Below, piece after piece: positions 18,817 through 28,798 of a stretch of 64,000 nt of DNA (position 1 is the stretch's first letter; each line of letters opens with the position of its first letter). This DNA is from a bacterium. Its GTDB lineage: Bacteria > Patescibacteriota > Minisyncoccia > Phycocordibacterales > UBA2100. Position numbers and translations under genes: made by a program. The notes beneath the pieces were generated by a model. The model was not told where the DNA came from. It saw nothing but the letters and a program-made list of their open reading frames with translations, and made no database searches. The DNA lies in the NCBI GenBank assembly GCA_038128225.1, contig JAYPJF010000001.1:94458-158457 (forward strand), written 5' to 3'.

Positions 18817-19533
18817 TTATAAAATCCTATCCCCTTTCGTACCACTCCAGCCGTCATAATTTTTATACACGTAATGTTGTTCGAGTTTGTTTTTCTGTAC
18901 ATGTTCAAGGATTTTTCGTATGAGTTCGTGAGGATCTTTCTCAAAAATAATTTGGTCGTGGGGGCGGTGGCTCGCTTCAACTATTTTTTTGATGATATCG
19001 TCAGTTTCCCAACACCCTTCTAAGATGCCTATTGGCTTTTTGTCTTCAAAGGCGATCGTAAACTCATGAATAGTACCAACACGCCCACACCCTATGACGA
19101 CCGCATCCGCAGATCGGGTAAGCAGTAAATCGCGCCCAGGAAAACCGAATCCTGTATAGACGATGATGTCCGAATAATCGAGCGGTAAATTATACGTCTC
19201 AACATGCTCTCGTTCGCTCGCTGCAGGTGAAAAGCCGATCGTAAAACCTCCCTCCTCTTTTGCTCCTACTGACGCGTATAGAGGCATCCCCGTCGTTGCC
19301 CCCGTGACCAAGATTGCTCCCTGTCGTACAATCTCACGCCCAATATCCTTTCCTTGTTCGTATGCATTAATACCACAGTGTCCTGTTTCGGCTGCTCCGG
19401 AAACACAGATCTTTGGCCGCGCGTGGGCATGCGCGTCATCACGAAACAATGAAACTGACGAGTGATTGTGTCCGGGCGTCTTTACCAAATCTGCAGCATA
19501 CTTTTCAGCATGCGCTCGTTCCACTTCAGGCAT
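18817..19533 (-). CDS. LOG/SLOG family nucleotide-binding protein
   Basis: VTGATTGMP, GFTIGFSP, RSADAV, GTIHEF; ATG 6 nt after TACAAT. Confidence 0.8.
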   Translation of the reverse strand: MPEVERAHAEKYAADLVKTPGHNHSSVSLFRDDAHAHARPKICVSGAAETGHCGINAYEQGKDIGREIVRQGAILVTGATTGMPLYASVGAKEEGGFTIGFSPAASEREHVETYNLPLDYSDIIVYTGFGFPGRDLLLTRSADAVVIGCGRVGTIHEFTIAFEDKKPIGILEGCWETDDIIKKIVEASHRPHDQIIFEKDPHELIRKILEHVQKNKLEQHYVYKNYDGWSGTKGDRIL

Positions 19534-19564
19534 TCGCGTATTGTAGCAAACATTGGATTGTGTG

Positions 19565-20926
19565 TTACCAGTCGATGGTGTGTGTATCTCCTGCGTACGG
19601 CGCTCTCGCACGCACCCCAAGAAAATCGTTGATCCGTTGCGAAAGAAACAAGGTCGAGCGCGGTTCACCCATGACCACAAAAACTTCACGCAACGTTTCT
19701 TTGGCCTCTTCGACAAACTGAATAAGGCTGTCACGATCTTTATGCGCTGAATACCCTGTTACGGTGCGTATCTGCGCGCGCACTCTCACCCACTGTCCAT
19801 CGATCAAGACTTTTTTGTTACCCTCCTGGATCCGTCTACCTACCGAGCCAGGAGCCTGATAGCCAGCAAACAAAATGTATGTACTTTTGTCACCCAAAAA
19901 TGTTTTTTCATGCGAGAGAATTCTACCTCCGTACGACATGCCCGAACCGGCAATAATGATTTTGGGATTTGGCGCTTTCGCTGCTCGTTGCGAATCAAGA
20001 ACATTCGGCGTAAGTTTCAATCCTTCAAAGTTAAAAGGGTCGATCCCTTTTTTGAGCTGCGCCTGAATATGTTCGTTAAAACAGGACGGGTAATTACGAT
20101 ACACACTCGAAACACGAATCGCGAGCGGCGCATCAAGGTACACAGGGACCGGTCGTATTTCTCCCGTGCTCATGAGTTCGTGAATTTCATGCAAAAGCAC
20201 TTGGGTCCGTTCTACCGAGAACGCTGGGATAAGCAAAAGGCCACGCGTGCGTTCTGCCTCGTTAATTATGTCACCTAAAAACATACGCCGGTCACTCCGC
20301 GCCTCATGATTGCGATCACCATATACGCTCTCCATTACCAGGTACCGTGCCCCGCGAGGAGAATCTGTGTCTCTTAGTAACGGCGAAGGCGAGTTACCGA
20401 GGTCGCCAGAAAACAAAATCTTTTGACCGCCGCGTTCACATTCAACCATCGCAGAACCAAGGATGTGCCCCGCGTCGAGGAAACGTACAGTCACCCCTTC
20501 AGTGGGAGTATACGGCGTGTAGTAATCCACTGTCTCCCATATCGATAACGCCTGTTGTACATCCTCAGGCTCATATAGAGGTTCCGCGCAGTGAGGGGTA
20601 TGAACGTCTCGCATAATAGAAAGCGCATCGTCAAACATCAAAGCCGCTATGTCACGCGTTGCGGGTGTTGAGTATATTTTTCCGCGAAACCCCGCGCGCA
20701 CCAACCGAGGGATACGACCGATATGGTCAATGTGTGCATGGGTAACAATCAGCACGTCGATTGAAGACGGGTCGTAGGGAAACGGTTCGAAATTTAAAGC
20801 ACTACAAAAATCTTTGTCCTGAAACAGGCCGCAATCAATTAAAATTTTTTGTTTGTCTGTAGTGACCAAAAAATTCGCACCAGTGACCAACCCGACCCCC
20901 CCATAAAAAGTAACGGAGGCGGTCAT
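19565..20926 (-). CDS. MBL-fold beta-CASP nuclease (Ysh1-like ribonuclease)
   Basis: THAHIDHIG, AGHILGS, SGDLG, MESVYG, YSAHKD. Confidence 0.92.
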   Translation of the reverse strand: MTASVTFYGGVGLVTGANFLVTTDKQKILIDCGLFQDKDFCSALNFEPFPYDPSSIDVLIVTHAHIDHIGRIPRLVRAGFRGKIYSTPATRDIAALMFDDALSIMRDVHTPHCAEPLYEPEDVQQALSIWETVDYYTPYTPTEGVTVRFLDAGHILGSAMVECERGGQKILFSGDLGNSPSPLLRDTDSPRGARYLVMESVYGDRNHEARSDRRMFLGDIINEAERTRGLLLIPAFSVERTQVLLHEIHELMSTGEIRPVPVYLDAPLAIRVSSVYRNYPSCFNEHIQAQLKKGIDPFNFEGLKLTPNVLDSQRAAKAPNPKIIIAGSGMSYGGRILSHEKTFLGDKSTYILFAGYQAPGSVGRRIQEGNKKVLIDGQWVRVRAQIRTVTGYSAHKDRDSLIQFVEEAKETLREVFVVMGEPRSTLFLSQRINDFLGVRARAPYAGDTHTIDW

Positions 20927-21285
20927 GAGAGTTTCCTTCCTACAGCCACCCCAACAATACCTCCGAGTACATCCATGACCAGATCAATTGATGTGTCTAA
21001 AAAGAAATTAGCTTCACGGGGAATGCCGCCAATATATTCAAAAACCTCCCACCCAAAACCGATGACGATGACGCCTGCAATAATGCCAGCATACGAAGTT
21101 GTGATCTTGGAGCGTACTCCCAACCAGACCAGCACCAATGCCACCCACGCACCGCCAAGAAAGTGTGTGAATGTATCGAGCCACACATAGTGCCAGTAAA
21201 GCGAATACTGAAGTGCACTTATATGGGTTACCCCGAGCGCCAGCAACACCAAAAACTGGACCACCAAAAGCGCGCGCGCATGCAT
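20923..21285 (-). CDS. Small membrane protein with H...WE...D motif (VanZ/DUF2238-like)
   Basis: WLDTFTHFLGG, GWEVFE, DTSIDLVMD; 4 TM segments; ATG 6 nt after TACCAT. Confidence 0.7.
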   Translation of the reverse strand: MHARALLVVQFLVLLALGVTHISALQYSLYWHYVWLDTFTHFLGGAWVALVLVWLGVRSKITTSYAGIIAGVIVIGFGWEVFEYIGGIPREANFFLDTSIDLVMDVLGGIVGVAVGRKLS

Positions 21286-21302
21286 ATCTTGATGGTAGCA
21301 CG

Positions 21303-21336
21303 AAAAAAACCCGTCGACCTTGTGTCTAACGGGGTT
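21303..21336 (-). terminator. Terminator of the small RNA
   Basis: AACCCCGTTAGAC...GTCGACGGGTTTTTTT on the minus strand. Confidence 0.65.
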
Positions 21337-21341
21337 CTTTC

Positions 21342-21462
21342 GGGGGCAGGCATACGAGCCTGGATCAATGACTCCAGGTGGGTGACCCCAGAGTAAACAC
21401 CACGGTGCCACTCGATTTCGGTCTCCCTGTAACTCGCCAAGCAGGTTCTATGCCCAGTCCCC
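21342..21462 (-). ncRNA. ssrS: Probable 6S RNA, unusually short (about 121 nt)
   Basis: Own -10 TATACT (21468-21473) and terminator; closing stem GGGCAUA/UAUGCCU; GGGAGACC/GGUCACCC inner stem; CACCCACCUG...CAGGCUC matches a 6S motif recalled from Firmicutes. Confidence 0.65.
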
Positions 21463-21495
21463 TTTTCAGTATATCACTAGTTATATTCGCCCACA

Positions 21496-22101
21496 CTATT
21501 CAAGAATTCCGTCGAGGTTAACGTCGTACAGGATCGACTCAGCAACAAGACGATAATTGACTATCTCGTTATCAGAAAACCAGTGTTTTACCTCCATATG
21601 CGCCTCTTCAATTGAACCTGACGCATGGATCAAATTTCGGATTGCCCGATCATCGGTGTCCGCCATGAGATACGAGTCGAGCACGAAATCGCCGCGTATA
21701 GTACCAACATCAGAAGAACGGGGCTCGGTGCCACCAGTAATTTTCCGCACAATATCCACAACATGCGCTCCTTCCCAGACCATCGCTATCACCGGCCCAC
21801 TGGTAAAGTACTTTTTTAGTCTCTCAACGACACCGTTTCCAATCTCAATTGGGTCCTCGGAAGGCGGCGTCATGCCTTTTTTCTTATAGCCCTCTATTGC
21901 TTTCATGCCGACATTCTTTTTCCAATTCGGGTCAAGTAGGTAATGCTCTTCAACGTGCTTGGCAGTAGGTACGATCATTTTCATGCCTACAAGCTTAAAC
22001 CCCGTACGTTCGTACCTGCGGATAATTTCGCCAATGAGGGAACGCTGAACACCATCCGGTTTGATAACAACTAACGTGCGTTCTTTTTTCACATGTGCCA
22101 T
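21496..22101 (-). CDS. ndk: Nucleoside diphosphate kinase
   Basis: ERTLVVIKPDGVQR, GTIRGDF, NLIHASGS. Confidence 0.96.
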   Translation of the reverse strand: MAHVKKERTLVVIKPDGVQRSLIGEIIRRYERTGFKLVGMKMIVPTAKHVEEHYLLDPNWKKNVGMKAIEGYKKKGMTPPSEDPIEIGNGVVERLKKYFTSGPVIAMVWEGAHVVDIVRKITGGTEPRSSDVGTIRGDFVLDSYLMADTDDRAIRNLIHASGSIEEAHMEVKHWFSDNEIVNYRLVAESILYDVNLDGILE

Positions 22102-22157
22102 ATAGAATTGCGGTTAGATAACGCCCGCACTATACCGTGCGATTACCCATTCGACAA

Positions 22158-24962
22158 CTAAATCCATCCACTGTTTGGTTTGAGTGCTTCCGGATTATAC
22201 GCCCCTGTAGAACTCTTATATCGGGCACGTATCTCTTCCTCAACCTGTTCACGTGGCCGCCCATAGCGCTCATATGATTGCTGTTTCAGTATGTCCACAC
22301 GCGAAAAATCAGTTTTCTCCGGTTTTAGTGTCTCAATATTGAATGGCTTTACCGGCCGACCACGTACCAAAAGCCGCAGGTACGCGTTGTAGTTATCGAG
22401 ATGCATAATATCTTGCGCCGCGAACTCTGGTTCAAACATAGTTGAAAGAAACTCCGCATCTTTTTCACCCACACGGAACACGCAGCGCGTACCTACGTTT
22501 CCAAATACCGCGTCTCGAATCTCATCGGTAAGTTGATCGATAAATTGGTGTGCGATACTTAGTACAAGACGGTATTTCCGTGCTTCCGAAAGAATCGTGG
22601 CAATAGACGGCGTTGTAAAATTCTGGAACTCGTCGATGTACATGTAGAAAGGTTTAATTTCGGCTTTCCCCACTAGATCCACACGCGAGAGTGCTGCGTT
22701 TAATATTTTTCCAACAAAGACAAGCCCTAAAAGCGACGAGTTTAATTCTCCCAGGCGCCCTTTTGAAAGATTGATAAGTAATATTTTGCGCTCGTCCATG
22801 ACGCTGCGGAAATCAAACGCGGAATGCTCTTGGCCAATAATGGGGCGCATAATTTCGTTTGCCAAAAAAACATCGAACTTGTTTGTCACATATTGTCCAA
22901 ACGCCTCGAGTTTTTGTTCTCCTTCCAATTTTGTAGCAATCCCCTGCCAAAATTCAACAATGAGCGGATTTTTACAGCGTGCAATTTTTAAGTTGCGAAA
23001 CGCTTCGTTGGTAAAAATGCGCGTAATATCAACCATCGTGTTTCCTGTTGCGGGGTCGTCCATGACCAAAAGCGCTGAGTTACGGAAATACTGCTCAAAA
23101 GCCGGACCAATTGATTCCGGAACCGAGCCATAGAGTTTTTTGAAAATGCCGATGAGCTCGTCGACTAAAAAAGTCTTTTGTTCTGGACGCCTCAGATCGT
23201 ATTCGAGCATATTAAGCCCCATCGGTCGTGGCAAATACCCGGGGTCAAAATATATAACATCTTGCTCGCGTTCTGGAGGAACCGCGGCAAGAATGTCTTG
23301 AATATCAGAACCGTGCGGATCGATATAACACACCCCTTCTCCGTTTCGGATATCTTGAATGATCATATTCTTCATCAGGCTCGACTTACCTGTGCCAGTC
23401 TGCCCGACTTCATAAAAATGGCGGAACCGATCTTCTTCCGCAAAATATACTTTTTGTTCTGACGCACCATGGCGATTGATCCCGAGTACTATCCCCTCTT
23501 CGGGCATGTCGGTTGGCGCAGGCGACTGTTTTGCACGCGACTGCTTCAATTCACGCGACGTGCGCACCCCCTCTGCGGTCAAGTGGTATATAGTAGTAAG
23601 TTCAGAAAAATTTAATGGGAGCGCGCGCGATACCTCCGGAACGCGCATTATGAAGTTGTTGATAACCCCTTCGCGTGTCCAACTTCCTGCTTCTTTAAAA
23701 ACAATACTGTTGCCCTGCGGGTCGCTAAACTGATTAAATGTTGACGCAAGGTTTTCTAAAATATCGCGGGCGCGCGCTTGCGTCTTCGCCGAAGCAAGAA
23801 TGCGGATATTCACCGGAACAATTCGGTTAGAGACTTTTTTACCAACACGTTCGGTGAGTTCTTGTTCAGCAGAACTCTCGGTGTTCTTCTTCTCGGGCAA
23901 AATTAATCCGGTGGTGAAGTCCTTTGCAAATTCACCAAGCATGGTTTCTGGGACTTTTCTTGCCTCCTTGAAAGACTTCCCTTTATGAAGCGCCTTAAGC
24001 ATTTTCTTGTAGTGCGCATTGTAGCGGTCCCCTTCGTTCCCTACGATGATCTGGAGCGCCGCACCTTCATCATGTTTGTGCAATTTTGCGAACGCTGAAA
24101 GCATGACGTTCATCGGGTCATGTTGGAACGTATCATACGTTTTAAGCGGCAACGCGGGATGTTCGGAGAGTTGTGCGTACGCGGCCACATGTTCACCATG
24201 CGAATTAAAAATATTATAGTCTCCGCGGCGCTCGTTCAGTTTTGCGTTTGGAAAGATTGAAAACAGGTGTCGTTCAAACAAATCCTTCTTGTTTGAGGGA
24301 ACCGCAATAAAAAACACCGCTTCTTCAGAACCTTCCGCGACAGCAATCTCCATTGAAAAGACGTTACTTTTACTCGAGGCGTTACCGCTCGCGATCGCAA
24401 GGAGCCCCGCGTACAGTTGCTCCATCGAAGCAAGAAGGTGCGCCAGGTCTCGTTGTTGTTCTTCTTTCTGTGTCGCTCCTTGCGGTTGAACTTCAAACAG
24501 CGTCATATGCAGCGCCCGCCACGTTTGTCCTTGTTCCTGTAAATAACCACCGACGGGCAACCCTTCGGCAACATAGCGCACCAACGCACGATGAAAATCA
24601 TCTTGGACATGTGGGTTACGCATGCGCGCCGAAACCGAAAGTGCATTTCTAATGCCGCGATCCTGCACCACGCGAAGCAACGCATCAATCTGTACGTCGT
24701 GCGTTTCTGGTTCTAGTTTGAGTGCCTCACGCACCACATCGTGCGTTGGCGTAATAACGGTCTCGTGCAACACTTCTGCCGGCGGCGTCTCGTCATATCT
24801 TTCGATTTCGCGCTTCGCGATTCGTTCACGCTCAAAAGAATCGTCATGCACCCCGAGCTCTTTCTCTTTTTCAGCAACACGCTTGCGCAAATAAACCAAC
24901 TCCTCTTCCGGAGTCGTAAAACGCTGCGGCGTATCGAGCGATATACGGGATCGTTCCGCCAT
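22158..24962 (-). CDS. VirB4/TraG/HerA-like P-loop ATPase (T4SS-like DNA-binding domain protein)
   Basis: GQTGTGKS, YIDPHG, YIDEFQNF, SEARKY, AHQFIDQL. Confidence 0.85.
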   Translation of the reverse strand: MAERSRISLDTPQRFTTPEEELVYLRKRVAEKEKELGVHDDSFERERIAKREIERYDETPPAEVLHETVITPTHDVVREALKLEPETHDVQIDALLRVVQDRGIRNALSVSARMRNPHVQDDFHRALVRYVAEGLPVGGYLQEQGQTWRALHMTLFEVQPQGATQKEEQQRDLAHLLASMEQLYAGLLAIASGNASSKSNVFSMEIAVAEGSEEAVFFIAVPSNKKDLFERHLFSIFPNAKLNERRGDYNIFNSHGEHVAAYAQLSEHPALPLKTYDTFQHDPMNVMLSAFAKLHKHDEGAALQIIVGNEGDRYNAHYKKMLKALHKGKSFKEARKVPETMLGEFAKDFTTGLILPEKKNTESSAEQELTERVGKKVSNRIVPVNIRILASAKTQARARDILENLASTFNQFSDPQGNSIVFKEAGSWTREGVINNFIMRVPEVSRALPLNFSELTTIYHLTAEGVRTSRELKQSRAKQSPAPTDMPEEGIVLGINRHGASEQKVYFAEEDRFRHFYEVGQTGTGKSSLMKNMIIQDIRNGEGVCYIDPHGSDIQDILAAVPPEREQDVIYFDPGYLPRPMGLNMLEYDLRRPEQKTFLVDELIGIFKKLYGSVPESIGPAFEQYFRNSALLVMDDPATGNTMVDITRIFTNEAFRNLKIARCKNPLIVEFWQGIATKLEGEQKLEAFGQYVTNKFDVFLANEIMRPIIGQEHSAFDFRSVMDERKILLINLSKGRLGELNSSLLGLVFVGKILNAALSRVDLVGKAEIKPFYMYIDEFQNFTTPSIATILSEARKYRLVLSIAHQFIDQLTDEIRDAVFGNVGTRCVFRVGEKDAEFLSTMFEPEFAAQDIMHLDNYNAYLRLLVRGRPVKPFNIETLKPEKTDFSRVDILKQQSYERYGRPREQVEEEIRARYKSSTGAYNPEALKPNSGWI

Positions 24963-24976
24963 TTCTACAGTATACC

Positions 24977-25747
24977 CTATCGAGGATGTGTAAGAATTTC
25001 AGGGCCTTGCGCAGTCACCAGTACTGTATGTTCGACATGCGCCGATTTTGAACCGTCTCGTGTTCGATACGTATACCCATCAGCATCGAGAAAAATTGCT
25101 CCTCGCCCAAGCATAAACATAGGCTCAATCGCAAGCACCATACCTTCAGTAATCTTTGGACCTGTACCGCGCTTCCCGAAATTTGGGATAAAAGGTTCTT
25201 CGTGTACACGCGCACCCACGCTATGTCCCCCAAGTTCGCGCGGGCCATTCAGTTTGTACTGTTTTCCAACAGTCTCAATTGCGTACCCAATATCTCCGAG
25301 CGTGTTACCAACACGTGCCTCAGCAATACCAGCATCGAGCGCCTCGCGCGCGCACTGAAGCAGCCGTTTTTCATCAGGAGCCGCGTTCCCGACAACGAGA
25401 CATACGGCCGCGTCTGTCACCAAACCATCATGCGTTAAACCCATATCGAGCGTGACCACGTCCCCGTCGTTTAGTATCTCTGGGTCTTCGTTGGGAATAC
25501 CATGAACAATCGCATCATTCACGGACACACAGAGAGCCGCAGGGTACGGGCGCCGTGCACCATCAGGCATATAACCAAAAAAAGACGCTTTATCGCCTTG
25601 AGATCCAATAAGTTTTTGCGCTTCTTCTTCGAGAAAGAGTGTGGAGATGCCTGGCTTAACCATCCTTTTTAGCACCGCAAGATACGAACCAAGTCGCGCA
25701 CCCCCTTCTCTGAGCGTTTCGCGCTCTTTTTCCGTCTGCGCGATCAT
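24977..25747 (-). CDS. map: Methionine aminopeptidase type I
   Basis: SVNDAIVHGIP, GHSVG, HEEP, AIEPM, SAHVEHT. Confidence 0.96.
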   Translation of the reverse strand: MIAQTEKERETLREGGARLGSYLAVLKRMVKPGISTLFLEEEAQKLIGSQGDKASFFGYMPDGARRPYPAALCVSVNDAIVHGIPNEDPEILNDGDVVTLDMGLTHDGLVTDAAVCLVVGNAAPDEKRLLQCAREALDAGIAEARVGNTLGDIGYAIETVGKQYKLNGPRELGGHSVGARVHEEPFIPNFGKRGTGPKITEGMVLAIEPMFMLGRGAIFLDADGYTYRTRDGSKSAHVEHTVLVTAQGPEILTHPR

Positions 25748-26340
25748 GTAATATGCAACACTGTACGAATCTGAGCGTGAATCTCCTCAATAGGAGGTCT
25801 TGCATCAATATAATGCATAGTGCGCCCCCGCTCTTCAAGAAGTTTTATCGCTGGCAGCGTCTCGGTTTCATACCAATCAAGTCGTCGCTGTATTTTTTGA
25901 TCATCACTATCATCACTACGGCCGCGCCCATGAAGACGCCTAACGGCTTCTTCGCGAGGCAACTGAAGCACGACGACATGATACGGGACTCTTCCAAAAA
26001 ACTGAAGCGCATCGTCAAGCACGATTGACTGCTCAACTCGGCGGGCTACGCCGTCAATGATCAAGTGTTCTCGATTCGTAAACTCCTGCAAAAAGAAGGT
26101 GGTGATGATATGTGAGGGTATGAACGCGGGGAGCAATCCCCCAGCGTTAATCACCTCTCCCACTCGTTTACTCGCGTCTCCCGAACCTGCGGCAAATCCT
26201 CGCAATCGCTCTCCCATTTCGAGTCCGAGCACAGGAGTATCGGAGTCTCTTTCCAAAAGACCTTCAAGGAGTTTCGCCTGCGTGCCTTTACCAGCGCCTT
26301 GCGGCCCGAAGAAAACTACCGTAATTGGAGCATCAATCAT
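25744..26340 (-). CDS. adk: Adenylate kinase-like NMP kinase (short LID)
   Basis: GPQGAGKGTQA, IDGVARR, RGRSDD; between secY and map. Confidence 0.85.
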   Translation of the reverse strand: MIDAPITVVFFGPQGAGKGTQAKLLEGLLERDSDTPVLGLEMGERLRGFAAGSGDASKRVGEVINAGGLLPAFIPSHIITTFFLQEFTNREHLIIDGVARRVEQSIVLDDALQFFGRVPYHVVVLQLPREEAVRRLHGRGRSDDSDDQKIQRRLDWYETETLPAIKLLEERGRTMHYIDARPPIEEIHAQIRTVLHIT

Positions 26341-26920
26341 GCCCGTCAATATACCCCTCTTTCTTAAGAATCTCAACCACACTTTTGATGGCCTCATCAA
26401 GTTTTCCTTGCTCGTTTTTAATAACGCGATCATACCAAGGCATGTATTCTTGAATTTCTCGCGTAGCAATTTTCTTGCGCGCTTCCCATTCTTCATCACT
26501 CATGATCTGTCGTGCCCGCACTCGTTTTTCCAATTCCTCCAGTGAGTGTGGCTGAATAAAGAGCGTCAATGCATCGAATTCTTTTTTAAGATACCGCGCG
26601 CCAATAATATCGACTTGCGCAAGGATGGTTTTTCCCTGTGCAAGTAATTCGCGCAAATGAGGCAAATAAATACCGTAGTGAGCGCCCGTTTCGACAAACC
26701 GATGTTCGGGAATTTCTCCTGCATCAAGCGCGTTGAGAAACTCCTCTTCTGTAAAAAATAAGTAGTCTTTCCCCTGCTCTTCCCCGTCTCGCCGCGTTCG
26801 CGTCGTTGCGGTAACCAAGCGCACGCACTGTGAACAGTGCTGCAATACACCTTCAAGAATTGCATTTTTTCCACTTGCAACTGTTCCCGAAATAACCACA
26901 ACTCGTGGCTTAGACTGCAT
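26333..26920 (-). CDS. gmk: Guanylate kinase, copy 2
   Basis: SGTVASGK, ATTRTRRDGEEQGKDYLF, HYG. Confidence 0.85.
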   Translation of the reverse strand: MQSKPRVVVISGTVASGKNAILEGVLQHCSQCVRLVTATTRTRRDGEEQGKDYLFFTEEEFLNALDAGEIPEHRFVETGAHYGIYLPHLRELLAQGKTILAQVDIIGARYLKKEFDALTLFIQPHSLEELEKRVRARQIMSDEEWEARKKIATREIQEYMPWYDRVIKNEQGKLDEAIKSVVEILKKEGYIDGHD

Positions 26921-27491
26921 ACCCCTCTGTACGCAGAATACGGATAATCGCGGTCACGGTGTCGTCAAATTCTCCATCGTCGTTAAATACAATATGATCG
27001 TATTCTTTGTCAGATTCAATGATTTCCTGTGACGCTTGTAAAAGGCGCTTGATGACTTCGTCTTTCTGGATCGTTGGGTCACGCCGCACTAAGCGGTTGT
27101 ATAGAGTAATCATTGATTTCGGCTTGATGAAAATCGTTGTCGCTCTGTACGACTGCTTGAAAAAACGGGCACCGTGCACGTCAGTATTCACAATCACTGT
27201 TTTTTCCGAAGACAATTTCGCCTCGAGGTCAGGCAGGTACGTGCCGTAATGCGCGTCACGGTCTCGAACAAAAACATGTTCAGGAATTGAGCCGTCTTGT
27301 ACATGTTCAAAAAATTGCTCTTTGCTAAAGAAATAATAATCGCGTCCTTCTTGTTCTCCAGGACGCGGCGTTCGAGTAGTTGCAGAAACAGCACGTGTAA
27401 ATTGAGGGTACGCGAGAACAAGCTCGTTGGTAAACGTTGATTCTCCGGAACCCGTTGGACCGGCAAGTACCACCACCCGTTTTCTGCTCAT
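26910..27491 (-). CDS. gmk: Guanylate kinase-like protein, copy 1 (P-loop Lys replaced by Glu)
   Basis: AGPTGSGEST, SATTRTPRPGEQEGRDYYF, HYGT. Confidence 0.8.
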   Translation of the reverse strand: MSRKRVVVLAGPTGSGESTFTNELVLAYPQFTRAVSATTRTPRPGEQEGRDYYFFSKEQFFEHVQDGSIPEHVFVRDRDAHYGTYLPDLEAKLSSEKTVIVNTDVHGARFFKQSYRATTIFIKPKSMITLYNRLVRRDPTIQKDEVIKRLLQASQEIIESDKEYDHIVFNDDGEFDDTVTAIIRILRTEGYAV

Positions 27492-27521
27492 GGCAGGATA
27501 ATAGCACGAGGGGTGCGTACG

Positions 27522-28796
27522 CTAGTATTCACGAATCGATGTCTGTGCGTCGATTTTCTTAACCACATCGAGAATGACGGAGACTGCAATGAGAAGCGCG
27601 GTTCCACCAATTGTGAGTGAAGCAATGCCTGTGACGCCTTGAATAATGATGGGCAACACCGCAATGGCGCCGAGAAAGAGTGCGCCAAAAAGTGTTATGC
27701 GAGTGATGATGTTTCCAAGATATTCTGCTGTTGTGTTACCAGGACGAACGCCAGGAATGAATGCGCCATTTTTTTGTAAGTTTTTCGCGATTTGGTTCGG
27801 CTCAAATGTAATTGCAGTATAAAAATACGTGAACACCACAACGAAAAGGAAGTACAAAGGTCCGTAAATCCAGTTGTTAGTCAACCCATTGACGATCGAC
27901 TGTGCGATAGTAGAGGCAAGACCAAGATCAAGACTTGCCAAAAAACTTGCCACCATCTGAGGGAAAAGAAGGAGCGAGAGCGCAAAAATGATTGGGATCA
28001 CACCCGCCTGGTTCACGCGAAGCGGAAGGTATGTTGATATGCCGCCGAGTACCCGACTTCCTCGAACACGGCGCGCGTACGTCACCGGAATAGGACGTTC
28101 TGCTTCAGTGATAAACACGACGCCAGCAGTTACCAGAAACGCAACCGCAACAAAACCGAGATACGTAGGAATTTGTGATACGTCAAAAGCAAATAACACT
28201 TGCGAGAGCGCTGTAGGAAGACCGGCAACGATTCCTGCAAAGATGATAATAGAGACGCCGTTACCAATTCCAAATTCAGTCATGAGCTCACCAATCCACA
28301 TGACCAAGAGCGAGCCAGCAACAATAACCATCACGTTCGTGAGAAGTGTAAAGAAATCTACATCGACAAGAATACCCTGTTGGCGCAATAAGGAAAGAAA
28401 CCCGAACCCTTGGATGAACGCGAGCGGCACTGTTAGATATCGCGTGTAGAGCATAAATTTAGCACGTCCCGCTTCTCCTTCTTCCTGATACAACGTCTTC
28501 AGTTTCGGCGAAAGCACCGTCATAAGCTGCATCACGATAGAGGCGGTAATATATGGGCCCACGCCGAGCATGACAATCGAGAGATTCGACAGACCACCCC
28601 CAGAAAAGATGTTGAGAAGCCCAAGAAATTGGTTGTTAGTGAAGAAGATTGCGAGTCGCTCAGCATCAATTCCCGGAATCGGAACGGTCGCAAGCAAGCG
28701 ATACACAATGAGCGCGCCAAATACAAAGAGTACGCGACTGCGCAACGTGTCATCGCTTATGACTGTTTTGCATTTTCGAAAAAATGACTCGATCAT
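27522..28796 (-). CDS. secY: Preprotein translocase subunit SecY
   Basis: LGVGPYITASIV, GIGNGVS, AGVIPIIFA, IPGVRPG, GGTALLI. Confidence 0.98.
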   Translation of the reverse strand: MIESFFRKCKTVISDDTLRSRVLFVFGALIVYRLLATVPIPGIDAERLAIFFTNNQFLGLLNIFSGGGLSNLSIVMLGVGPYITASIVMQLMTVLSPKLKTLYQEEGEAGRAKFMLYTRYLTVPLAFIQGFGFLSLLRQQGILVDVDFFTLLTNVMVIVAGSLLVMWIGELMTEFGIGNGVSIIIFAGIVAGLPTALSQVLFAFDVSQIPTYLGFVAVAFLVTAGVVFITEAERPIPVTYARRVRGSRVLGGISTYLPLRVNQAGVIPIIFALSLLLFPQMVASFLASLDLGLASTIAQSIVNGLTNNWIYGPLYFLFVVVFTYFYTAITFEPNQIAKNLQKNGAFIPGVRPGNTTAEYLGNIITRITLFGALFLGAIAVLPIIIQGVTGIASLTIGGTALLIAVSVILDVVKKIDAQTSIREY

Positions 28797-28798
28797 AC

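Noticed and set aside
19534-19734. Long overlap between the LOG-family ORF and the beta-CASP gene
   Set aside because: Disappears when the start is set at ATG 19533 behind TACAAT
21286-21440. ORFs and N-terminal extension across the 21.3-21.46 kb spacer
   Set aside because: Better explained as a structured RNA with its own promoter and terminator; the membrane gene has its own -10 before 21285
21342-21462. 5S rRNA or SRP RNA identity for the small RNA
   Set aside because: Lacks the 5S CCGAAC loop and the SRP GGAA tetraloop with the AGCAG internal loop
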